A stretch of DNA of 63,218 nt, the filler included, from Octopus bimaculoides (taxonomy: Eukaryota): the NCBI RefSeq assembly GCF_001194135.2. It is 8 parts of 7 records of this genome, joined end to end, with 100 filler letters (N's around TTAATTAATTAA, not from the genome) between each part and the next. Parts side by side here need not be neighbours in the genome. Positions count along the whole stretch, not along the records: positions 6,824 to 20,576 come from NC_068986.1; 7 more parts are not named here. One strand, 5' to 3'. The notes beneath the pieces were generated by a model. It was not told where the DNA came from. It did not search any database and worked only from the letters and a program-made list of their open reading frames with translations. This document shows positions 8,264-18,870 of this stretch, one piece after another. Each line of letters starts with the position of its first letter. Position 1 is the stretch's first letter. The translations under genes and the position numbers were made by a program.

Positions 8264-10113
8264 TCTATATATATATAAAATTATTTATATCTCTGTCTGT
8301 TCCCTATGCATTCTCAAACGGCTCGACCTAATTATATCAAGTTTTACAAGGTAATAGTTTCAGACCCCGTGAGTGTCAACATGTAATTTTTTTTACATTT
8401 GGATTAAAACAGTATAACACTGGCATTGATTCGGTATTACGTGTCAAAAATGAAAGAATAAGATCTATATTGTAATGTCATATAATATTGTTTCACTTTT
8501 ATTCTTTCACTTTTCATTCTAAACCCATAATATTGTTTCACTTTCATTCTTTCACTTTTAATTCTAATGTGATAATGCTAAGGTCATCTTATTTCTGTTA
8601 TATTTGAAATAAATGAATAATTTATATCCTAATGTGAACAACATTGCGCATTGGCAACTTTCTGTCTTTATGGCTATGACAGTGGAATGGTGTGTCAGTG
8701 TATGTGTATTGACTGACATAAGGAACGGCTGGAGGTGAAACTCTTAACAAAAAACAATTAGGTGGCAGGTCCTAGGTATATAAAAATACACATTTACTGT
8801 TCAATTATCGGTTAATAATTGGCACAGCAGTTGCAAGGTTGCAAGGTATTTATAATTACATATTTACCCATAAATTAACATTTAATACATGTGCTTAATA
8901 TATGTATAAAGAAATTTATCTATAATAATTATTGTGGTATTTATCGTTAAATTAACTGTTCATATATGTGCTTCTATTTGGTTAATTTTCTTATATTTGG
9001 TTAATTTATACTGCATGCAAAAATAAAGACATACTGTATACATACAACTGCTAATAAAAATAGAGATTGATGTATAATTTTTTCTATGTTCATAATTTTG
9101 GGTTTACAATATTGAAAATAATTTGCTACCAAAGAAAAGACATACTCTCTCCACAAATAAGTATAATGCAAGGAGGATTGTGGAAGACTGGCGGTGAGAG
9201 TCTCAAGATAGAAGCAAGATGAGACTTGCCAAAGATCAGCAAGCGCATGCTACAGCACATCAAATGGAGTCTCAAGACAGAAGTGAGATTAGACTTTCTC
9301 AAGATCAGCAAAGGCATGCTGCAGCACTTAATTCTGAATCATTAAATCAACATTTTCACGATCAGACAGAGATCCAGTAGAACAGCTCTCAGAAATAGAC
9401 TACGTATAAATTCGTTCTTCACAACTTCTGGAGCTGCTTTCAGATATGATCCATCCCATTCTTATAAAAATTATAATTTTGTTCAAATTGTCATTTCTGC
9501 ACAGCTTTAAAATTTCCAAATGAAACTAATGGCATGTGCTGCTCCTCCTCAACCTCTTATGGATCTTCCGGAAGGCACTTCCATCCAGTCAAAGGATTTT
9601 CTGAACAATATCAGACAATACAACTCTGCATTTCAAATAACACCGTTTGGTGCATCTAAGGAGATAGTTGGCCAAAGATTTACACCGACGTTCAAACTTC
9701 AAGGCCAAGTCTATCACCTCATTACTTCCCTATTACCCGCAAATCAACAACCACAGTTCTTTCATATTTACTTTCTGAGTGATGTAGGACTACAAACCCG
9801 AAGGTGTCAAAACTTCAGACGATGGGTCATGTTAGATGCAGCGCTGACCACCGCAAAGGAAAGTATATCCACTAACAGCTTTGTGGTACGTTCAAAAATC
9901 ACATACCCCACTCAATTTTCCATGACAGGTTACGGCCTGGAATACTCCAAACGGACACATGACATATCGCTCAGTCGAATTAGCCCATTATTTACTCCAC
10001 AAATGTTTCATCGTCAATGCTGCACTTCCCTGTATCATCTGTTTCAACATAACTACAATATATATACAAACTATGCCATTTAAATCCCGAGCAACGCCTG
10101 GTATATTTGCTAG
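8264..10113 (+). mobile_element. Internally deleted Helitron with both termini
   Basis: A|TCTATATATATATAAAA 5' end; 3' cccgagcaacgcctgg hairpin then CTAG|T. Internal Rep remnant AFRYDP and FLNNIRQYNSAFQITPFGA..FTPTFKLQGQVYHLITSLLP..QFFHIYF; 69-bp coiled-coil repeats at 9199 and 9268. Confidence 0.88.
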
Positions 10114-10559
10114 TATGTGCGTGTGTGTATGTGTGTATCTATGTATGTATATATATGTAGGTAGGTATACACATACACACACATACACACACACACATAC
10201 ACACACATATATATATGTATATATATATATGTATGTGTGTGTGTGTGTATATTAGTATAATAAATACAATAGAAAAGGTTAAAGTCAGGCAGACTACAAC
10301 TAATACATATACAGGTTGAATTAGGATAAAATAAAAATTGTCCAATCTGAAGCATATATTGATATGTTAGAAATATAAGAATACAGAAATATAAAAATAT
10401 ATGAATACTAAAAATATACATGGACATATAGATATATAGATTTATAAACATAATAATAATATAGATAAAGATAATAATGGAATACAGAAAAATGACGCTT
10501 TTAAAAATTTTAAATATAATATAGAGAAAGTTATAGACATTAAAAAGAGTTTTGAGTAG

Positions 10560-10900
10560 CATGTTAAAGGAAAATAAGGTGTTCCAACGATCGTTTCAGG
10601 AGTACATTTGTCCAGATTACATATGAATCTTATGATTCATTTCCATAGAATGCCCCCATCATCAGGGGAAAATGGTGTTTACGCTACATACAGAACATTA
10701 ATTATACATTGTCTTGGCCAATCACAGATGAGGCCCTACCATACAATAGGTTTACTGGCAGATGTCGATTGTGCATAAAGGAATCATACATTATCCTTCG
10801 TATGTTTCATTCCACTGTTTTAAATAAGTTTTCTGACGCTATTCATTCGTGCAACCATAGATACTGTTCAACTTTCGTGAGACGATTTTAATTCGAACCC
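10560..10900 (+). mobile_element. Penelope-like GIY-YIG C-terminal remnant
   Basis: WPITDEALPYNRFTGRCRLCIKESYIILR..LNKFSDAIHSCNHR resembles the W..I...A..YN....C.LC..E....L....LN.RSE....CRH tail of PLE endonucleases. Confidence 0.6.
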
Positions 10901-11111
10901 ACTTAGCAATATTTTCTGTTGCACAATATATCGCCAATACGAATATAAATTTTAAGAAAGTCAGTAAACAATCTAATTTTTCTCCCATCAGCCCTCATAA
11001 AAACTTCCATAATTTACATAGCCTTTTCCACTCTTCTATAAAAGCATCAAATTATCTTATACCTGGTAAGGAGCTAAATGCATATCTAGTGCATTTCTAG
11101 TGAAAAAGCCC

Positions 11112-11690
11112 TAAAATGCACCGTCGAAAAGATTGGATACAGCGAGTAGGGATGCAGTGGAAATGTGTCTGCGCCCTGTGTGGAAAGACGTAGTGTTCCC
11201 CACAAGAGGAAAAAGGTTCGCCATGGTCAAGGTGAGATTCTGTTCTGAAGAAAAAGCCAGGCAACACTCTACAGAAACTCTAAAAACGGCAGAGGTGGTA
11301 CTCCTACCAACATATATGGGTAGACGTACCCCCAAGATAAGGGTGGGAGAGATCCGACCCGAAGTAAACGCTGCCTGGCTCATGACAGGAATAGCGGTGG
11401 GCTTGGAGGATAAAATTAACATCCTCCAAGCAACCATTTTGGAACAGCAAAATTGGCAGGGGCTCGAGATGGTAGTCCAAGTGGCCTCTGCAGACCCGGA
11501 AGAAATTATCGATACCATACAAGTGGGGGAGAGTAAGCTGCAGGCGAATGTCGAAGGGAGGAAGCCACAGTGCTAAAAATGTGGCCAAAAAGGTTACATC
11601 AGGGCCGAGTGTACTCGTCCCCCCGAGAAAGCATCGATGGCCCCCACCTGCTTCCGGAAAAACAGCGAAAGTCAAGGCACCAGCTACAAC
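11112..11690 (+). mobile_element. Decayed LINE ORF1/gag-like sequence (RRM-like region + CCHC knuckle)
   Basis: ORF 11133-11576 ends VEGRKPQC*. Reading through the stop gives C*KCGQKGYIRAEC, a CX2CX4(H>Y)X4C knuckle. Confidence 0.6.
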
Positions 11691-12004
11691 CACAACGTAT
11701 GAGACACCAAAGCCTCCAACACCAACAACAACAACAATAACAACAACCCAACAACAGCCCTGGCGGAGGAGGAAGATGTCAGCAATCGGACTATAGTAAA
11801 AGGAATTGGACTATAGCAAAAGGAAAAATCTGCGTCCCACCCACAAAAACCCCAGTACCCCAAAAAAGAAAACCCCAAGATCCAATCCCCGCCCCACGTC
11901 AAGCCCTGACACGAATTTGATGTCCATTTCGGCAACCTCACATAAAGCAATCAAGATACAGTATTTTAAAACAGAAAAATGTTTTTAATGAATATTTATT
12001 ACAT

Positions 12005-12093
12005 AGGAGTGACTGTGTGGTAAAAATCTTGCTTCCCAACCACATGGTTCCGGGTTCATTCCCACTGTGTGGCATCTTGGGCAAATATCTTCT
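12005..12093 (+). mobile_element. SINE family A head (truncated by gap)
   Basis: gagtgactgtgtggtaa...ggttccgggttcattccc...ttgggcaaatatcttct; A/B-box-like head. Confidence 0.75.
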
Positions 12094-12279
12094 NNNNNNN
12101 NNNNNNNNNNNNNNNNNNNNNNNNNNNNNNNNNNNNNNNNNNNNNNNNNNNNNNNNNNNNNNNNNNNNNNNNNNNNNNNNNNNNNNNNNNNNNNNNNNNN
12201 NNNNNNNNNNNNNNNNNNNNNNNNNNNNNNNNNNNNNNNNNNNNNNNNNNNNNNNNNNNNNNNNNNNNNNNNNNNNNNN

Positions 12280-12864
12280 GGGGCCAGCACGAAAATAAAA
12301 ATCTTATAGGTAAATTTTAGTGCCTTTGGTGTCTATTTTCAGCATGTGGTGAGGCATTTTGCCAATCCTTTCTTATAATTACGTATATAATTATTAATAT
12401 AGGTGAAAGAGTGGCTGTGTGGTAAGTAGCTTGCTTACCAACAACATGGTCCCAAGTTCAGTCCCACTGCATGGTACCTTGGGCAAGTGTCTTCTACTAT
12501 AGCCTCAGGCTGACCAAAGCCTTGTGAGTGGATTTGGTAGACGGAAATTGGAAGAAGCCCGTCGTATATATACATGTATATATGTATATGTATGTTTGTG
12601 TATCTGTGTTTGTCCCCTCAGCATCGCTTGACAACCAATGCTGGTGTGTTTACATCCCCATAACATAGTGGTTCAGCCAAAGAGACTGATAGAATAAGTG
12701 CTAGGCTTACAAAGAATAAGTCCTGGGGTCGTTTTGCTCGGCTAAAGGCGGTGCTCCAGCGTGGTTGCAGTCAAATGACTGAAACAAGTAAAAGAGTAAA
12801 AAGAGAAAGTATGATATTTGGAAAATTTACCTATAAGGTGTTTTATATTTTCATGCTGACCCCC
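12280..12864. mobile_element. MITE with ~40-bp TIRs, interrupted by a SINE
   Basis: ggggccagcacgaaaataaaaatcttataggtaaattt (12280-12317) is the reverse complement of aaatttacctataaggtgttttatattttcatgctgacccc (about 12823-12864). Confidence 0.7.
12402..12806 (+). mobile_element. Full-length SINE family A (tRNA head, CORE-like segment, internal microsatellite)
   Basis: gtggctgtgtggtaag...caagttcagtccc...ttgggcaagtgtcttctactatagcc...ggcggtgctccagc...gaaacaagtaaaagag. Confidence 0.88.
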
Positions 12865-13329
12865 TGATAAAATCATGAATGATCTAATCCTTATTCCATA
12901 ATTAATATATGAATATTTTCACTCCAGATCAAAGGTGCATTCACTTCCGCATTATTTTGATATATAACACGTGGTTGAAGAGAAAGAAAGAAATTCTACT
13001 TTTATTGTATATTTTTGCAAGTGTGTATACATATTGCCATGCAACGACTCTGTTCCAATGGATATGTGTGGATACTTGTACATTTATACAATGGAATATC
13101 AATGCTGGTGATAGCAGCAGGTATAATTTAACTTTAGCTTGAAATGAGATCTTATACGTGATTAATGAAAAGTTTAATTTATTATCTTCCTCTTGCTCGA
13201 CTACAACCTATGTTTTTGGAGTTTTTAAGGTGGTTTTAGTGCCTTTGGTGTCTATTTTCAACACGTTGTTAGGCGTCTTGCCAATCCCTTGTTATAATTA
13301 TGTACATGATCATTAATATAATATATACA

Positions 13330-13575
13330 TATATACATATGTGTATATGTATATGTATATGTTTGTGTGTCTGTGGTTGTCCTCCCACGATCGCTTGACA
13401 ACTGATACTCGTGTATTTACATACCTGTAACTTAGCGGTTCAGCAAGAGACCGATAGAATAAGTACTAGGCTTACAAAGAATAAGACCTGGGATCGATTT
13501 GTTTGACTAAAGGTGGTGCTCCAGCATGGCCACAGTCAAATGACTGAAACAAGTAAAAGAATAGAAGAATAAAAG
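13330..13575 (+). mobile_element. SINE family A, 3' half
   Basis: cgcttgacaactgat...aaggtggtgctccagcatggccacagtcaaatgactgaaacaagtaaaagaatagaagaat. Confidence 0.85.
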
Positions 13576-13970
13576 AATGTTCATTTTAAGAAGTTACGGT
13601 ACATTGTTGATATTTCATGTGGCTTCCCTTAGCTTAAATAATTGCTTCAATGCACTTGAGAAGAGATGCATACAAATCCTTCACCATCTTCACAAGTATG
13701 AGATGCCATTCTCTATGGTTGAGTTCCCACAACTCTTCAAGATTGCGTTGATTCTTCTGACGAACTCTTCTCTCTAGTTTTGTCCACATTTGTTTTATGA
13801 TATTTGAGTCAGGGCTCTGAGCTGGTCAATCTTTTAATATGGTAACGCCTTCATCAGCCAGACTCTGTTGTGTTGCACTCGATCTGTGGCATGAAGCTCC
13901 GTCATACTGAAAAAGCTCACCTTCATTCAAGTCTGGTATCAAGTTGTCCTTCAGCAACTGGATATATTTG
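13576..13970 (-). mobile_element. Tc1 transposase C-terminal fragment (inverted copy)
   Basis: Minus strand reads KYIQLLKDNLIPDLNEGELFQYDGASCHRS...ILKD.PAQSPDSNIIKQMW. Confidence 0.85.
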
Positions 13971-14610
13971 TAACATGAGACGTGGAACGTTTCCCTTTCT
14001 AATAAGCAAGAATTTGTCAGAAGGCCTCCAAGAAAAAGAAATAACCCACAAAAACAGTGAAGTTTGGGGGTAAGAGTCTGATGCTTTGAGGATGCATAAA
14101 AAGTTATAGTTCAAGAAAGTTGGTTAAAATTGACAGTAACTTGAATAGTGCTAAATACATCCAGTTGCTGAAGGACAATTTGATACCAGACTTGGATGAA
14201 GGTGAAATGACAGAGATCCATGCCACAGATCGCATGCAACACAACACAGTCTGGCTCATGAAGGTGTTACCATACTGAAAGATTGGCCAGCTCAGAGCCC
14301 TGACTTAAATATCATCGAGCAAATGTGGACAGAACTAAAGAGAAGAATCCACGCAATCTCGATGAGGTGTGGGAGCTCAGCCACAGAGAATGGCATCTCA
14401 TACTTGTGAAGATGGTGAAGGATTTGTACGCATCTCTTCCCAGGTGCATTGAAGCAATTATTTAAGCTAAGGGAAACTTGAATAATTCTACAGTAACTTG
14501 CTGAAATGAACGTTATGTAATAAATTTTCATTATAGCCATTTTTTCTGTTTTAAAACTGTATCATGATTGGTTCATGTGAGGTGGGAGAAAACTTTTGCA
14601 TGGTACTCTG
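13971..14610 (+). mobile_element. Tc1 transposase 3' half with right TIR
   Basis: TVKFGGKSLML*GCI..KYIQLLKDNLIP..DWPAQSPDLNIIEQMW (14284-14319). Ends aaaacttttgcatggtactctg. Confidence 0.9.
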
Positions 14611-14875
14611 TGTGTGTGTGTGTATACACACACACACGCACACACATACATGCACACACATACATACATATATACATGCCCCAAAAATGTATACACACTT
14701 CAGGAAATGAAAAATCTGTATAAATATTTGACTTGCATAAGTACCTCTATAAATATAGGTACCGCTTTTGGTGTTTTACCAAATTATGGTAACACTGAAT
14801 AAATTGCAATAATACTGAATCAAAATATTTATACAGATTTTTCCTTTCCTGAAGTGTGTATACATTTTTTTTGGC

Positions 14876-15480
14876 AGACTCTTGCTTATGCTGCCGTACT
14901 TGCCCCTACCTCTCCAACACCACCATCCTCACAGGCACCCATCATCGTCCCTATCACATCACAGACTCCTTTACCTACACTTCTAACAATGTCATTTACT
15001 GCTCTTTCTGACCTTCCCTGTACATCGGTCAAACAAGACGCCGCTTGGCTGACCGATTCATGGAGCACCTCTGACACATCAGACCTAGCAACGACACCCC
15101 GGCCTCATGCCATTTCCACTCTACCGGTCATTCACTACATCTGTCTGTGTTCGGACTGTCTTTACCCAGGGGCATTTGGACGGGTATTAATCTTCTCTCT
15201 TCGTTCCTTTGCACCATATGGGCTCAACTCCCCTCCTCTCTTCATATGACTCCCTTCCTCTCCTCATCTGACTCCCCTCCTCGCTTCATTTGACACGTAC
15301 TTCCTCTCTTCACTCCTACCCATCTCCTCTCTTCATTGATACGCCCATCCCTACCCTGACATACCCATCCCCCCTCACACCACTTCACACACACTAGCAC
15401 TGACCACTTCCCAGCACCAACACCACACACCATCATCCACACACCCATACACAATCTTCAATAGCGTCACCACACATACC
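14876..15480 (+). mobile_element. Penelope-like element GIY-YIG endonuclease + pyrimidine-rich 3' region
   Basis: CRTCPYL..ITDSFTYTSNNVIYCSF*PSLYIGQTRRRLADRFMEHL..HF..TGHS (VIYC 14991, LYIGQT 15018); LIFSLRSFAPYGLN. Confidence 0.85.
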
Positions 15481-15609
15481 ACTATATGAGGAACCACACG
15501 TTACAGACACGCACATACCCACACACGTTAAAGTCACTAGCCCCTATTCACAGACACACTATTCTCACATACACACACATGCATGCACACCTTCATGTGA
15601 GATCACCAT

Positions 15610-17010
15610 CAAATTATTATTTAGTCACTGACAGCCTGACCATGCGACAGGTTGTACAAGGTTACATGTTACCAGTAGCACTCGAAAGTGACCTGACAGC
15701 TACTTTTGAGAAACTTTGTAGTCATGAACAAAGGTATTTACCTCTATCATAAGAGACCTTTTGTATGCATATGATTGTGATCTAATAGTGCACACAAAGA
15801 TTGATATGCAACACATTTTGAATGCATTCTCTGATGCTTGCACTGCCTTAGGATTGACAGTCAGTCTCAAGAAAACTATTGTCATGTACCAACCTGCCTC
15901 TGGTAAGCCGTACAGTGAACCAAATATCTATGTGTATGGTAAACAACTTGGTATAGTTGATCAGTTTTCTACCTGGGAAGCACTGTTAATAGATATAGCA
16001 ATTTGGGTAATGAAATTCCATTCAGAATTAGGAAAGCAAGTGATGCTTTTGGAAGGCTAGAAAGGCACCTCTGGAGTTGGCAAGACATATGCAGGAAGAC
16101 AAAGATAAAGGTGTACAAGGCATGTGTGTTCTCTTCTCTTCTTTATTCCTGCAAGACGTGGATCACATATTGATACCACCTTAAACAACTAGAATGTTAC
16201 TATCAGATGTGTTTCAGACAGATCTATGGCATTAAGTGGGAGGACTGCATCAGTGATCTTGAGATATTGGAAAACTCTCGGTGTGAAAGTATAGAAGCAA
16301 AGGCTCAGATGTAGTGGTCATCTGGTCAGGATGAAAGATTCAAGGATGCCAAAACAGCTCTTTTATGGAGAGTTAGCTAAAGTAAAACGACCTCCACATA
16401 AACCAAAAAAGAGGTATAAAGACTTGCTGAAGGCTTCCTTAAGAGATGCTAGCATCTCTCCTGACACATTGCAGGGCATAGCTATTGACCGTAGCAGGTG
16501 GAGAAGAATTGTGTATGAGGAGACAGCTACTTTTGAGAAATCTTGAGTTGCGCATGAGAAAGTAAGGAGGGATGTCAGGAAGGGCATCGCTGTTGCACTT
16601 CCTGATGGTAAGGGTATTCCTATGATGCTGACATGCAGTGTCTGTGCAAGACCCTGCTTCAGTAAAGCTGGACTCAAGAGTCATCTTCATAGTCATAAAG
16701 CGAGACTGATGATTGACAACCAGGTCAGTGGTAGTGCTACACACTATACTAATTATATTTATCAGGCATGTGGAAGGGAGTGTAGTTCAGTAGGAGGACT
16801 TAAACGACACACAAAGGTACATGAAGCCCAGTTACAACTACAGCTGGCTATTGCTGGTAAAGGTTTTAGCTGTCAATTCTGTACAAGACATTGTAGATCA
16901 TTAGCTGGGCTAAAAAGTCACATTCGATCACAACACTGTTAACAGATAAGCCTCGTGCAATGGCCACACTCAATAACAAGGGTGAAGCCGTACATACATG
17001 TACATATATA
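15610..17010 (+). mobile_element. RTE-clade LINE, 3' 1.4 kb (RT C-terminus, three C2H2 fingers, 3'UTR)
   Basis: LLYAYDCDLIVH (YADD>YAYD at 15764-15775), LGLTVSLKKT, MKDSRMPKQLFYGEL, fingers in ORF 16622-16942; frameshifts and stops present. Confidence 0.9.
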
Positions 17011-17645
17011 TGCATATACTCATATATTGTTTGTATCACGACAGAAAGCACGCGTTAACCTTTATACAGTATGTTTTAACTATTTTTCTAACGCGACTCT
17101 CTCTATCTCTACATCTATCTCCCCCTCTCATTCTTCCCTCTACTGTTCTTTGCCTCTCCCTGTCCTTTGCCTCTCACCGTTACTACTACTATCTCTCTAC
17201 CTCTCGTTGCTCACTTTTATTCTACTTCCTCCCCTTCTTTTCCCTCTGCTACTCTTTCTCTTTACACAGCGCTGGTCACGTGTGTCCGGCTGCTATTTCT
17301 TTTCGTTCTTGGACTCCCCAAGCTCGCACGTACTTCTTTGCCCCTCCTGTTCATGCTTCACAGCATTCAATACATACACACTTCACGTCTGGCTGTACAG
17401 CCTTTTTGCTTGTTTGTTTATTCACCGTTTCGTTTTCCTGCCTTGTTTTCCGTTTGTCACTACCCTCCACGAAAATAATTTAATTTGTGTTCGTGGGAAG
17501 AACCATTNNNNNNNNNNNNNNNNNNNNNNNNNNNNNNNNNNNNNNNNNNNNNNNNNNNNNNNNNNNNNNNNNNNNNNNNNNNNNNNNNNNNNNNNNNNNN
17601 NNNNNNNCACACACACACACACACACACACACAAAATATATTTAT

Positions 17646-17775
17646 GACAGGCTTCCATAGTTACCATCTACCAAATTCACTCGCAAGGCATTGGTCAGCC
17701 CAACACTATAGTAGAAGGTGCTATGCACTAGGACTGAATCCCAAACCACACAGTTGCTTCTTAACCACATAACCA
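17646..17775 (-). mobile_element. SINE family A head, degenerate
   Basis: Reverse complement of ggttatgtggttaagaagc...tttgggattcagtcc...ctactatagtg. Confidence 0.6.
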
Positions 17776-17943
17776 GAGTGGTGTCAGCAACCTGTCAACA
17801 TCCAGTCCGTGTATGTGTGCCTATGACTAAAAAAAATATTTGGTATTGCTTTCACAGCATTATTACCACACAGCATGAGCTACCTAATAGAGGCCCAATA
17901 CCAAGAAGCTATCTTGAATGTCTCAAATCTGTCCCTTTCCTCC

Positions 17944-17990
17944 TAACATCTGATGAGATGGACATATTCTACATGCTCATGAAACTGTTA

Positions 17991-17995
<5 letters not shown>
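17944..17995 (+). ncRNA. Candidate minimal hammerhead motif
   Basis: taacat|CTGATGA|g|atggacat-attctac-atgctcat|GAAA|CtGT|T|atgata; intact core, imperfect stems I and II. Confidence 0.4.
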
Positions 17996-18028
<33 letters not shown>

Positions 18029-18719
18029 TTTTAGTTGGCTGTGTCTCGTGTTTCTGAGCTTGCAATCCAGTTCATTTTCCTGGGCTTTTCTAGGGCCTTC
18101 CTCATTTAAGGTGGGCTGCGGAAATCCTAAATAGGCCAGCCCAGTCACGAACATAGCTACCGCCCAACAGAGTTGATGCAAGGTCTCTGATTGAGCAGTC
18201 ATCACATGCTCACCGCCTACGTGTAGGATCGGGACTAGAGACTTCCAGCTCCACCAGGGCCTTCCCCGTTATCCATAGCCTGCCGCCATGGGACTTTTTT
18301 GGTGGGGTGGTAGGAAACGGAAGAAAATAACACTGGATGCCATGGCGTGATTTTGTTTAAGGTGGACCGCCNNNNNNNNNNNNNNNNNNNNNNNNNNNNN
18401 NNNNNNNNNNNNNNNNNNNNNNNNNNNNNNNNNNNNNNNNNNNNNNNNNNNNNNNNNNNNNNNNNNNNNNNNNNNNNNNNNNNNNNNNNNNNNNNNNNNN
18501 NNNNNNNNNNNNNNNNNNNNNNNNNNNNNNNNNNNNNNNNNNNNNNNNNNNNNNNNNNNNNNNNNNNNNNNNNNNNNNNNNNNNNNNNNATTGATAGACA
18601 TAGATGTTGCTTCATCTGCCTGATCAACCGTTGAGGACCTGATGATTCCTTCTCATAGCCTTAGCCGAAAGAGGCATCCTGCAAGGCAGCAGGGGAGGAT
18701 CCAATTTTTACCCATTGGT

Positions 18720-18870
18720 GGGGCCCTAACAGGTGCTACCACTCAGGGCCAGAGCAGACCTGGGAGAAATGGCAACTAAGGGGTGTCTCCAGGCTCCCCA
18801 TAACTCCTGTCCTCCCAAACTGGAGCTTCACTACCGGTTGCAGTTTTGTGTCTTACCCAGGACATCACTA
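18720..18870 (+). mobile_element. LINE 3'-end module (RTE-like)
   Basis: caggtgctaccactcagggccagagcagacctgggagaaatggcaac...actggagcttcactacc...cccaggaca; recognised by resemblance only. Confidence 0.45.

Noticed and set aside
10636-10665. Minus-strand CTGATGA..GAAA
   Set aside because: The intervening bases cannot form stem II.
18639-18672. Plus-strand CTGATGA..CCGAAA
   Set aside because: No complementarity for stem II and no NUH/stem I partner.
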